A stretch of DNA of 48,833 bases from a virus (Duplodnaviria; Caudoviricetes). Both the position numbers and the translations under genes were made by a program. Location: the IMG/VR virus record IMGVR_UViG_3300049298_000007, positions 1 through 48,833 of that record; one strand, written 5' to 3'. The notes under the pieces were generated by a model. It ran no database searches. It saw nothing but the letters and a program-made list of their open reading frames with translations, and was not told the origin of the DNA. How positions within the stretch are numbered: the first letter of the stretch is position 1; each line of letters begins with the position of its first letter. Of the stretch, positions 1 to 8,058 are shown piece by piece.

Positions 1-53
1 TACCCCGGCGGTCTTCGGCATCTGCGCGTCTCGAATTTTTTTCACCGGCGTTG

Positions 54-323
54 TCACCAGGTTTCGTTGTTGTCGGCAAACTTCGGGAGTCGCCAGACTT
101 CTACGTCCATGTCGTGCCGTTCGCTCAAGTGTCGCGTGACCCATGTGACTCGTTTGCCGCATAGGTTGCAGATGAGGGCGCGCTCTGTGTGTTCTGGTTC
201 GCTGTTGCCTGGCCCGTAGATCGGTACGTCGGTGATGGTGAAGTGTGCACTGATCAGGGCCAGTACCTCGGCTTGCTTGGCAAGCAGCATCTGTTCTTCG
301 GTTGTGCCGTTGGGCTCGCTCAT
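54..323 (-). CDS. Hypothetical protein with C2H2-like zinc finger
   Basis: MSEPNG start after AGGA; CNLC...HLSERH. Confidence 0.6.
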   Translation of the reverse strand: MSEPNGTTEEQMLLAKQAEVLALISAHFTITDVPIYGPGNSEPEHTERALICNLCGKRVTWVTRHLSERHDMDVEVWRLPKFADNNETW

Positions 324-508
324 GATCTGGTCCTGATTGTGGCACCGCAGTGGCAGTGATGGATCGTTGTTGTGTTGGGCAACAGATGTGGGTGTGGTCC
401 CGATTCGCAATGGTGCCGGATATGTCCGAACCAGATGCGGTCGAACAGTCGATGGATGCCCTCGTGTTGTTGCCAAGCGACTTGGCATTGCGGCAGTACG
501 TAGTTCAT
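320..508 (-). CDS. Small Cys/His-rich hypothetical protein
   Basis: GAGGACCAGCC-ATG start; ATGA overlaps with neighbours. Confidence 0.5.
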   Translation of the reverse strand: MNYVLPQCQVAWQQHEGIHRLFDRIWFGHIRHHCESGPHPHLLPNTTTIHHCHCGATIRTRS

Positions 509-630
509 GGCTGGTCCTCGTGGTTGCAGTGGCACAGGGTGCAGGCGTTGCGGTGTCTAGTGTGCCAGCAGTCAGGGCATAGACCGCAGGCGATGGCGGC
601 CATGCGTGCGAGGGGATCTGCGGCTCTCAT
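505..630 (-). CDS. Small Cys-rich hypothetical protein
   Basis: CPDC/CTLCHC; stop overlaps next start; start uncertain. Confidence 0.4.
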   Translation of the reverse strand: MRAADPLARMAAIACGLCPDCWHTRHRNACTLCHCNHEDQP

Positions 631-733
631 GGTGCGGTAGGTATCGGCACCTAGGGTGCGGGCTGGCAGCGTGGGCTGTGTGCAGGCTGGCTGTACGGCT
701 GGCTGTGGTTCAGCAGGGGTGGGGGGTGGTTGC

Positions 734-1252
734 CTACCCCTGGTTCTCCAGGCCGTTAGAGCGGCGTACAGGGCTGCTATCGGGGTAGGTGATGGGGAGT
801 TGTGCTTGCCCCTGTGTTTGTGGTGCAGCCACGGTAGATATCCCAGCATTGGTCAGCCCTCCTGCCTGGTTCCATCCGCCTGGTTGTGCTCTCGCTGTGT
901 GGCGGTTGTGGCATCCCACACAAAGGCCCCTGCCGTAGGCCGGGTCGTTGGGGTCTTTGCCTTGCGCAACCAGTTCTCTGCGGCTGTGTGGATGGTGGTC
1001 AGCCACTGTGGAGGGTTCACCGCATGTGCCTTGGTGTGGGCACCAGGGTGCAGCACATACACAGGTGGGGTTCTTCCTGAGTACGCCGGGCCGGAATAGC
1101 TTCTCGTGTTCGGCACCGTATCCGCGTTGCCGTGGCCCGCCTCGTCTGGCGTCGCTTTCACGTCTCGCCTGTGTCTTGCAGTCATCACACCGACCAGTTC
1201 CGGAGTGTCGGCGCTTGCACTTCGTACACCTCGACTTCGGCTTGTCTGGCAC
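734..1252 (-). CDS. HNH endonuclease (terminase-associated type)
   Basis: RGYG..H, STVADH, GRGLCVGCHNRHT, QPGGWN motifs; located near genome end. Confidence 0.9.
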   Translation of the reverse strand: MPDKPKSRCTKCKRRHSGTGRCDDCKTQARRESDARRGGPRQRGYGAEHEKLFRPGVLRKNPTCVCAAPWCPHQGTCGEPSTVADHHPHSRRELVAQGKDPNDPAYGRGLCVGCHNRHTARAQPGGWNQAGGLTNAGISTVAAPQTQGQAQLPITYPDSSPVRRSNGLENQG

Positions 1253-1376
1253 GTTTCCTCCGGTCGCGGTACAGGGTGCGGGTGCAGTGTCGGCAGCGGC
1301 CGTCTTTGGCGGCGGAGCGCTGGTCTGGGCAGGGGGTGGTCAGGCAGTCACCGCAGACGGTTGTGCCAGGCGTCAT
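1185..1376 (-). CDS. Small Cys-rich hypothetical protein
   Basis: CGDC/CRHC pairs. Confidence 0.4.
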   Translation of the reverse strand: MTPGTTVCGDCLTTPCPDQRSAAKDGRCRHCTRTLYRDRRKRARQAEVEVYEVQAPTLRNWSV

Positions 1377-1605
1377 CGCACGGCCCGTGTGTCCCGCCCT
1401 GTACGGTGCGGCGGCGATTACGGCGGGCGGACTGGCAGCGCGGGCAGCGTTGGTGCGGCGGACGGATGCCTGATGCAACGACTTGATGGGGGATGTTGCC
1501 GAGCCCATGTCGATGGGGGCTTTCGGGGTTGATTTCGGCGAAAGGGGTTTCTCCGCAGATCCCCCGGATTTGGGGGATCGCTTCGTGCGTAGGTCGGTCT
1601 TCCAT
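1348..1605 (-). CDS. Hypothetical protein
   Basis: SD AAGGA before MEDRP; CPRC...C.D.WH motif. Confidence 0.45.
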   Translation of the reverse strand: MEDRPTHEAIPQIRGICGETPFAEINPESPHRHGLGNIPHQVVASGIRPPHQRCPRCQSARRNRRRTVQGGTHGPCDDAWHNRLR

Positions 1606-1624
1606 GGGGTTCCTTCTCGGGTGG

Positions 1625-1972
1625 TCATGCGGGTGTTTCTCCTGCCAGCTTGTCGGCGGCGCAGCTCCGGCAGGAGCCGCGCCATTCGCCGGGGTGATGT
1701 GGGCACTGGTTGGCGGTGTCGTGGATCTTGGGTTGGCGTGCGGCGATGGGCTGGCTGCGGGGTATGGCGGCTTCCCACCAGGGGCCGTGCTGGCTGATGC
1801 GGCCGGGCGAGTCGGTGTCGGGGTCCATGGCCAGCCACACCATCGCAACGGCTACGTCGCGGGCCGGTCGGGTGGCGTACTTGGCGAGTTGCGTCATCAG
1901 CGACGGGATCGGCCAGTCGGGGCGGGCGATGTTCGCCATGCCCGCGATGACTTCTGCTTCGCGCTTGTTCAC
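1625..1972 (-). CDS. Hypothetical protein (possible helicase-loader partner of initiator)
   Basis: RPDW...SPGRI..GPWW and C-terminal CPHH..CRSC; lies directly after the initiator gene. Confidence 0.65.
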   Translation of the reverse strand: MNKREAEVIAGMANIARPDWPIPSLMTQLAKYATRPARDVAVAMVWLAMDPDTDSPGRISQHGPWWEAAIPRSQPIAARQPKIHDTANQCPHHPGEWRGSCRSCAADKLAGETPA

Positions 1973-2064
1973 TTTCCAAATCCAATCGTCTCGCGTGCGT
2001 TACCTACTTTTGGTTTTGATGCCATACGCAACCAAAATCCCCAGACCCCTACTAAGGTTCAGGT

Positions 2065-2583
2065 TCAGTACAAAGGCGAACCAACACTCGGGTCGGGTCG
2101 GGTCGGGTCGGGACGGGGTTCGACTTTGCTTACCGGTTTGCTTCGACTTTGGTTCGATTTTGCTTCGGGTTTGGTTCGGGTTTGCTTCGATCTTGCCTCG
2201 GCCTTGGTTCGTCTTGCTTCGCCGGAACGCCGCCCGCCGACCCTTCCAGCCTCGGAACGGACCTCCCGCAACCGATCCATATCGACCTTGCGCGGCTGGT
2301 ACTCCTCCCAGTCGTGAAAGCGGTATCCCGGTTCGCCGTCGACCTGCTCAGCCGTCCAGTAGCCTGCGGCAACGATGTGCTTGGCAAGCTCCTGCCAGTC
2401 GTCATCGAACTGCTCTAGCTCGTCCTCGGGAATCCATCCGCTCGTACTCGCACCGGCACACCAGTTGCCTGCCAGAGACCACAGCCCGGCCGCACCGGCG
2501 TCACGCCGCTTGTCCGGATGCGACCGCGTCAGCCGCCTGGTCTTGCGGTGCCGCCACCACCCGTCATCAACCTTGAACCACAC
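2065..2583 (-). CDS. Phage replication initiator-like protein
   Basis: WFKVDD..W.H.K N-terminus, FHDWEEYQP, PDPTRP tail and internal iteron-like repeats typical of actinophage initiators. Confidence 0.75.
   Translation of the reverse strand: MWFKVDDGWWRHRKTRRLTRSHPDKRRDAGAAGLWSLAGNWCAGASTSGWIPEDELEQFDDDWQELAKHIVAAGYWTAEQVDGEPGYRFHDWEEYQPRKVDMDRLREVRSEAGRVGGRRSGEARRTKAEARSKQTRTKPEAKSNQSRSKPVSKVEPRPDPTRPDPSVGSPLY
2137..2222. repeat. About 8 tandem ~11-bp repeats (YTTGSYTCG core), candidate origin iterons
   Basis: tttgcttcg/tttggttcg/cttgcctcg/cttggttcg units inside the initiator gene, next to (GGGTC)n at 2089-2112 and an AT-richer gap at 1975-2064. Confidence 0.65.
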
Positions 2584-2645
2584 AGGGGGACTCCCTCCAC
2601 TTTGTTGCCTGCGGCCCTCAGTCCGGCAGGCCGTTATACAGCTGC

Positions 2646-3356
2646 TCAGTACGGCGGCTCCTCCCCCCCGCCTTTCGCGTACGGATCGAAGTCGGCCCCG
2701 CTGCCTCCTCGGGGGTCGGCCCAGGGGTCGTAGCCGGGGTCACCCCACTTGTCCTGTCCAGGTCCAGGCTCAGCCGTAGCTGCATCGTCCCGGCCGGTGT
2801 CACGCTGAACTTCGCCCTGAGCCGCATTCCGTCTCTCCCGTCTCTCCTGCTCAACCCTGACCAGCTGTGTCAGCTTGTCGATGATGGCGCTGGCTTCGTC
2901 CTTCGTCAGATCCTTGCTAGAGGCACCTTCATGCGTGAAGCTGCGCCCCGTCTCGGCTTGCAGGAACAACAGCTTGTCGTCCCGGGTGTCGATGCCGTAC
3001 TCGGTCAGGCAGATGTGAAGCTTGGCCAGCTGGGCGTCAGTGATCATGTCCGGCGCGATCTTGTCGCCGCCGGACTCGCCCAGCCCGGCACCGCCCAGCT
3101 CCTGCTCTCGCTTCAGCACCATGTTGCATATCTCGATCAGCTGACGGCGGTACGGCGAATCGTTGCGCTGGTCACGCCAGATGGCGGGCGGGATGTAGCC
3201 AGACCACATGCGGGGATCGGGCAACGACAACGGCGGGTGGGTCAGGTACACGGCGATATCGGGATGGGCCAGGACACGTTCGGCGCGCTGTGCTGCGGTC
3301 TCCCGCGCCGACTGGGCATGGTCGCGTTCGGTGTCGCTGTAGGGGTGCTCGCTCAT
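2646..3356 (-). CDS. Hypothetical DNA-metabolism protein with SSB-like acidic tail
   Basis: ITDAQL...DLTKDEASAIID motif; ends DPWAD...EEPPY. Confidence 0.6.
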   Translation of the reverse strand: MSEHPYSDTERDHAQSARETAAQRAERVLAHPDIAVYLTHPPLSLPDPRMWSGYIPPAIWRDQRNDSPYRRQLIEICNMVLKREQELGGAGLGESGGDKIAPDMITDAQLAKLHICLTEYGIDTRDDKLLFLQAETGRSFTHEGASSKDLTKDEASAIIDKLTQLVRVEQERRERRNAAQGEVQRDTGRDDAATAEPGPGQDKWGDPGYDPWADPRGGSGADFDPYAKGGGEEPPY

Positions 3357-3616
3357 CGGTTCCAGCTCACCCACAAACGGCCCAGCCACGTCCTAGGCCG
3401 CTTGTTGATCTTGGCAACGGGCAAGGCCGCGTTGGTGTAGTGGATGACGACCCACTGGCCCCACGGGAACTGCGGGCTGGGCGGCGCGACCCGGCGCAGC
3501 TTGAACCGGTCCAGACGCTGTGTCAGGTCCTCCGTGGTCGCGTTGTGGTAGGCAAAACCCGGGTAGCCCTGCGCTACCTCCGCACTCTTCGTGCGGGTCT
3601 TGATCTGCTTGCTCAT
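3353..3616 (-). CDS. Hypothetical protein
   Basis: Tightly packed ORF with overlapping stop/start. Confidence 0.5.
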   Translation of the reverse strand: MSKQIKTRTKSAEVAQGYPGFAYHNATTEDLTQRLDRFKLRRVAPPSPQFPWGQWVVIHYTNAALPVAKINKRPRTWLGRLWVSWNR

Positions 3617-3621
3617 GGCAC

Positions 3622-3864
3622 CTACATTCCGCGACTGCCGGGCAGCCGCATCCGTTCCCTGTTCTGGCGTAGCTCGTCGGCCACAGCCAGCGTGGCGTGG
3701 ACCTGTGCCAGGGCGGCCAGCCGCTGGATCTCCTGCCACGAACCGGCGGGCAGCTCGTGCAGGACATTCACGTCCTGGACGGCGGACCGGATCAGCGCGC
3801 TCAACCGTTCCGCCTCCTCGTAATTGGTTGCCTCAGGCCACCGCTTACCCGGTCCGGTAGTCAT
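3622..3864 (-). CDS. Hypothetical protein
   Basis: ALAQVHATLA motif common in small actinophage proteins. Confidence 0.6.
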   Translation of the reverse strand: MTTGPGKRWPEATNYEEAERLSALIRSAVQDVNVLHELPAGSWQEIQRLAALAQVHATLAVADELRQNRERMRLPGSRGM

Positions 3865-4117
3865 GGGTCTTTCTCATCTCCGTGAGCTTGTCGATCAGGG
3901 CATACGCCAGGGTGGCTTTCCGACCGTGCGCGATGCACAGGTCGGCGTAGCGCATCAGCGCGAACCAGGCTTCGGTGTCGTGTTCGGGGTCGAGCACGAA
4001 CAGGAAACAGTCATCGTGCTTGCTGTCGGCAACCGGCGTCCCGTCGGCGGCCAGCTCCGTTACGTCGTACTTGTGATACAGCCCGCGTGTATCCGGGCCG
4101 TTGCCTATGGCACTCAT
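3845..4117 (-). CDS. Hypothetical protein
   Basis: GLYHKYDV...FVLD...AL.RYA phage-type motif. Confidence 0.65.
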   Translation of the reverse strand: MSAIGNGPDTRGLYHKYDVTELAADGTPVADSKHDDCFLFVLDPEHDTEAWFALMRYADLCIAHGRKATLAYALIDKLTEMRKTHDYRTG

Positions 4118-4392
4118 TCGGGCACCTCGATCTCGTCCGTGGCGACGCCGCCGATCTCGCGATACTCGGGTTCGCGGTTCTTCATCTGTTCGGCCGTCCT
4201 GACGATCTTCACGATCGCCCTCGTGTAGTCGGCTCCGTCGACGCGGCAATGGTGCAGCGACTCCAGCCAGCCGGTGACCGGCCCCGACGCCTTGGGTACG
4301 CCGTGGGTGCGCTGCGCGGGCATGCCGGTGACCCGCTGGCCCAGGTAGGAGGCGTCGAGCTTGCCCAGGGCAATGATCCGAGTCCCCTTCAT
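4114..4392 (-). CDS. Hypothetical protein
   Basis: ATGA-coupled on both sides. Confidence 0.55.
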   Translation of the reverse strand: MKGTRIIALGKLDASYLGQRVTGMPAQRTHGVPKASGPVTGWLESLHHCRVDGADYTRAIVKIVRTAEQMKNREPEYREIGGVATDEIEVPE

Positions 4393-5159
4393 GCGATGGC
4401 CCCTTGCGGCTTGGTGGAGCGGCCGTAGGAGCGGTGGACGGGCACGCAGGCTTCGCCGCCGTCGTCCAGCAGGTTCGCGAGCTGGCCGACCTCGATCCAG
4501 GCTTGCCCGTTCTGCCCCCAGTCGGGACCCCAGGAGTTGGTGAGCTGGATCATGGGGCGTGCCGGACGGCCGGACGACGGATGCACCAGCTTGGCGGGGT
4601 GGTAGCCGGAGGCAACGATGCAGTGGCCGCCGACAACCGGCCCGGTCGGCATGACCTCCCCGTACATGTCGGGCCAGTACATGCCCTCCAGCCAGTTGAT
4701 GCCCAGGACAACGGGCCCGTGCAGGATCAGCGTGTCGACCACGTCAGTGATGCCGAAGCACCAGCGGTACTCGCGCAGATACCCGAGCCTGGACATGACC
4801 TTTGCACCGGCCAGCACCGATGTGCCCTCGTACTCCTCGCCGGGCCACTCGTCCTCGCGGCGCGCATCGTGGTAGATGGCGGCGGCCACACTGTTGCCTC
4901 CGCCCCCTATCCATAGCCGGTTCGCCATGTCGGCCACCGACACCCGCACTGGCGACATGAGGGCTTCCTGTGTCCAGCCGAACCCGACGCAGGCACCCTC
5001 ACTTCCCTGGTCGAGCACCGGGCCCGGCTGCCATTCGGCCCGGGTGCGGTACACCGTGACGCCGGGCGGCATGAGTGCCCGGATCGGGTAGTTGCGTGAC
5101 TTCGGGTCGTGGCGTGGCCGCCAGTCGAAAGTCCGCTCCTGGAACTGTGTGACCGTCAC
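4389..5159 (-). CDS. Papain-like cysteine peptidase (family C1)
   Basis: DQGSEGAC (Gln, Cys), GGHCI (His), NSWG..WG.NG (Asn). Confidence 0.88.
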   Translation of the reverse strand: MTVTQFQERTFDWRPRHDPKSRNYPIRALMPPGVTVYRTRAEWQPGPVLDQGSEGACVGFGWTQEALMSPVRVSVADMANRLWIGGGGNSVAAAIYHDARREDEWPGEEYEGTSVLAGAKVMSRLGYLREYRWCFGITDVVDTLILHGPVVLGINWLEGMYWPDMYGEVMPTGPVVGGHCIVASGYHPAKLVHPSSGRPARPMIQLTNSWGPDWGQNGQAWIEVGQLANLLDDGGEACVPVHRSYGRSTKPQGAIA

Positions 5160-5419
5160 TTGCCCTCGGCCCCTTTCTGTCCGCCATGGACCTTGCCCGC
5201 AGCCTGCAACGTGAACGAACGGCCATCCGGCGTGAATCCGCTCATGGCCACCTCCTCCATGTCTCCGATCTGGCGCAGCTTGGCCAGCCGGTCACCCAGG
5301 AACAGCACCATGACCCCACCATCGCCCTTCAGGTTCTCGATCATCCCCAGCTCGCCGGTGTACGTGTCGACCACGGGCACCTTGTTGTCGCGGGCAACTT
5401 CTGCCTCGTCCTTGTTCAC
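5156..5419 (-). CDS. Hypothetical protein
   Basis: GTGA-coupled ORF. Confidence 0.55.
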   Translation of the reverse strand: MNKDEAEVARDNKVPVVDTYTGELGMIENLKGDGGVMVLFLGDRLAKLRQIGDMEEVAMSGFTPDGRSFTLQAAGKVHGGQKGAEGK

Positions 5420-5610
5420 GCCGATACCTCGATCTCTTCCAGTGGAACGGAGTTTCCGGTCTGTTCGTACAGCTCGCGCACACGGACGATCGCGAACCGG
5501 TCATGCTTCAGCAGGCGGCGGCGGACCTCGATGCGCAGCCCGAACCAGCAGCCACGGCACAGGTACTGGTCTTTACCTTTGGCCCCGCCACAGTTGGGGC
5601 AGCTGCTCAT
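5416..5610 (-). CDS. Small zinc-finger protein
   Basis: CPNC...CRGCW. Confidence 0.6.
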   Translation of the reverse strand: MSSCPNCGGAKGKDQYLCRGCWFGLRIEVRRRLLKHDRFAIVRVRELYEQTGNSVPLEEIEVSA

Positions 5611-5620
5611 TGCTGTTGCC

Positions 5621-6499
5621 TCAGGCATCGACGGCCGTCCTCGGGTAGCGCTCGTTGACCTTCGCGATACCGGTGAGCCGTTCGATCTCGGCGTCCGGCA
5701 GGCCCCGTTCGCGCAGGATGCGGACGACTTCGCCGCGTTCGGCCTTGGTCGGTACCGCGTCGCCCTTGCGCCCGGCAACCATCCGTTCGACCACCACGGG
5801 ATCGATGCTGCCGCGTGGCCTGTCGTGGCGGGCTGTGCGCATCCCGGTGGGCCGTTCGGTCAGGTCCTCGATGTTCTCCCAGGCCATGGGCGACGGCCAC
5901 CCGTTGCGGGCGGCACGGTTGCGGGTGCAGTTGTGGGCCCTGCCGCCGGGGGCCGGGGTCATGGCCAGCCGGTCGTAGGCGTTGTTGATCTCGGCAACGA
6001 TCCACACCTCGACACGCTGGAAACGGTCGCGACGGATATCGTTCAGGCGGCCGGGCAGGATGACCGGCCCGCCGTGGGCTTTGATGTTGTCGGCAATGTC
6101 CGGGCAGCTCCACCCGATTCTGGCCAGGGCGCGCAGCTTCCGGGCGGGGATGGCAGCGCCGATACAGCCGTCGGTCGGCGTGCCCGCAGTCACCAGGGCG
6201 TAGCAGGAACGCGGCCCAAGTTGCAGTGTCTCCCCGCGCCGACGCCGCTCCAGCCAGTTGTAGCCGGTCGTCAGCTGGATGTTGCAGGCCGACGCGATCG
6301 CCCGGCCGTCGTAGCCCAGGGCGATCAGCGCGTCGAGCGCGGCCATGCCCTGTTCCACCGTGACCCGGGTGTAACGGCCGGACTCGCGCAGCTTGCGCAT
6401 CATGAACACTTGCCGTCGGCAACGGTCACAGCGGCAGGCTCGCGGCCACGCCGATTTCGTCCGGCTCCGGCATTGCGTCTCAGGTGTAATCGCTACCAC
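5621..6499 (-). CDS. Zn-finger plus multiple-HTH DNA-binding protein
   Basis: CRCDRCR; three HTH-like segments (GYDGRAIA, GWSCPDIA, GLPDAEIERLTG); SD GGAGG. Confidence 0.7.
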   Translation of the reverse strand: MVAITPETQCRSRTKSAWPRACRCDRCRRQVFMMRKLRESGRYTRVTVEQGMAALDALIALGYDGRAIASACNIQLTTGYNWLERRRRGETLQLGPRSCYALVTAGTPTDGCIGAAIPARKLRALARIGWSCPDIADNIKAHGGPVILPGRLNDIRRDRFQRVEVWIVAEINNAYDRLAMTPAPGGRAHNCTRNRAARNGWPSPMAWENIEDLTERPTGMRTARHDRPRGSIDPVVVERMVAGRKGDAVPTKAERGEVVRILRERGLPDAEIERLTGIAKVNERYPRTAVDA

Positions 6500-6659
6500 G
6501 GCGATCACCTCCGTGTGTCTGCTCCTCCCGGAGCTGGTTGTCTTCACAGGTCCCGCACTCGCACTCGGTGGGGCTGCCGTCAGCCTCTACCTCGCCGTTG
6601 CGGGCCAGGCAATAGCGGTGATTGCCTTTGTCACAGGGGACGCACACGCGGGCGGCCAT
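6480..6659 (-). CDS. Small Cys-rich protein (59 aa, below the ORF-track cutoff)
   Basis: MAARVCVPCDKGNHRYC...CECGTC; fills the gap between neighbours. Confidence 0.5.
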   Translation of the reverse strand: MAARVCVPCDKGNHRYCLARNGEVEADGSPTECECGTCEDNQLREEQTHGGDRRGSDYT

Positions 6660-7021
6660 CAGCGGCCCGGCGTGATCGTCTTGCGGGGCGTCTTGAGCGC
6701 CTGCCAGTCGCGCTGCATCTTGGCTACGGCGACCTGTGCCGGTAGCCCGTCAGGGTCGGTCGGTACGCCGTTGATCAGGTAACAGCCGACAGCCAGGCCG
6801 ACCCGTACGCGGTACGGCCCCTCCTGGATCAGCGCTTGAACGGTGCCGTTGGCAATCAGCTCGGTCATACCGTCGTCAACCTCACGACTGACCACCGTGA
6901 AGTACTCGCCCATCGTGTTCGGTCCCAGATACTTGCCGACGGGCGGCCCCTGGTGCGGGTAGTTCATGTAACTGCTTGCCGGGGGCAACTTGGCCACGTC
7001 GATAGGTGCTTGTGTGCTCAT
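6659..7021 (-). CDS. Hypothetical protein
   Basis: Coupled ORF in operon. Confidence 0.55.
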   Translation of the reverse strand: MSTQAPIDVAKLPPASSYMNYPHQGPPVGKYLGPNTMGEYFTVVSREVDDGMTELIANGTVQALIQEGPYRVRVGLAVGCYLINGVPTDPDGLPAQVAVAKMQRDWQALKTPRKTITPGR

Positions 7022-7269
7022 TTCGCTTCCTGTTCTTTCCGCTGCCTGTAGCGCCGCTGGTATCGATTCCTGGACCGCTTGTCACAGGTGATACAGCGCC
7101 GCTTTCCTTGCCCGTCGGTCCGGATGTTGTCCGGGGTCATCTCGTGTTCGCCGTTGCCACACAGGACCGGTTCGTCGGCCAGGGCCCGCGCCCTCCAGAA
7201 CTCCGTGTTGGCCTGAGCGTTGTCATGCTCGTACGCCGCCCAGGCCACACGGAGCGCCGCCACGTTCAT
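7018..7269 (-). CDS. Small zinc-binding protein (HNH-associated C..GH...R.C..C module)
   Basis: CGNGEHEMTPDN...RRCITC. Confidence 0.6.
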   Translation of the reverse strand: MNVAALRVAWAAYEHDNAQANTEFWRARALADEPVLCGNGEHEMTPDNIRTDGQGKRRCITCDKRSRNRYQRRYRQRKEQEAK

Positions 7270-7634
7270 CAGTCAGGGCTGAACGGGGTCTTGGTCGGCT
7301 TGACCTGCCACAGGACATGCCGCCAGCCGGACACCCGCACCGGCTTCACGGTCTGCCGGTGGCCGTGCCGGGCCGCCAGCCTGGTGGCCACCGTGTGCGC
7401 GTCGGACAGGTGATGCCACAGCACCCGGCCCCGGTAGCTGACGGTCGGCGCGTAGGTGACCGGCTGGCCCGAGACCACGCCCGGGATCTGGCTCAGCCCG
7501 TACAGATGCGCCGATTCGGCTTGCATCCGGGGCGGCTCCACGCCGGTGGCGGCGATCTCCCGGTTGAGCCGTTCGGCCGTGTCTCTGAACGGCCCTGTGC
7601 GCCGTTCTGACGGCCTGAGGGTGTCGTCAGGCAT
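7269..7634 (-). CDS. Hypothetical protein
   Basis: Packed ORF. Confidence 0.5.
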   Translation of the reverse strand: MPDDTLRPSERRTGPFRDTAERLNREIAATGVEPPRMQAESAHLYGLSQIPGVVSGQPVTYAPTVSYRGRVLWHHLSDAHTVATRLAARHGHRQTVKPVRVSGWRHVLWQVKPTKTPFSPD

Positions 7635-8058
7635 GATCACCCGCCTGTGTGTCTCGCGGGCGGACGTAGGGCACGTTCCGTCCTGGTGGGGTGGGCCACA
7701 CGAACCGGCCCGGCGTGACCCGGCCGAACATGTCGGTTTCCGGCGGAATCCACTGCCGGGTATGGCGCGACCGGCCGTAGCGCGGGTTGTGCCGCCGCTC
7801 CTGCCGGGTCGGCCCGGCGTTCTTCGGCTGCCGGTACACCCACTCACGCTGTTTCGCCTGAGCCTGCCCAGAGATCCGGCGCATGGTGACCGTGACCCCG
7901 GACCCGCCGCCGGTCTCGCCGGTGAGGAGGTCGGCTTTGGCCTGCCGCTTGGCGGCTTCCTTCGCCAGCTCGCGCCGGTCGTTCAGCCACGCCCGCAGCG
8001 ATTCGCCCCGCGCCGCCCGTTCCCGGCGCTTGATCTTCTCCTGCCGTACCCGGGTCAC
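7627..8058 (-). CDS. Basic hypothetical protein
   Basis: Arg/Lys-rich coupled ORF. Confidence 0.5.
   Translation of the reverse strand: MTRVRQEKIKRRERAARGESLRAWLNDRRELAKEAAKRQAKADLLTGETGGGSGVTVTMRRISGQAQAKQREWVYRQPKNAGPTRQERRHNPRYGRSRHTRQWIPPETDMFGRVTPGRFVWPTPPGRNVPYVRPRDTQAGDHA

Noticed and set aside
683-701. Duplicated 19-mer as a DGR template/variable repeat or terminal repeat
   Set aside because: No reverse transcriptase, no A-specific mismatch pattern, and not at the termini
734-1252. HNH as a mobile homing endonuclease or intron
   Set aside because: Short terminase-associated type in the usual near-end position, not interrupting a gene
2089-2112. (GGGTC)n as a phase-variable tract
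   Set aside because: It encodes the PDPTRP linker common in this initiator family; no evidence of variation from one sequence
5186-6745. Long plus-strand ORFs (e.g. 5186-6745, 16061-17542, 19611-21170, 32739-34457, 44602-46563)
   Set aside because: They are antisense shadows of well-supported minus-strand genes in high-GC DNA and have no recognisable motifs
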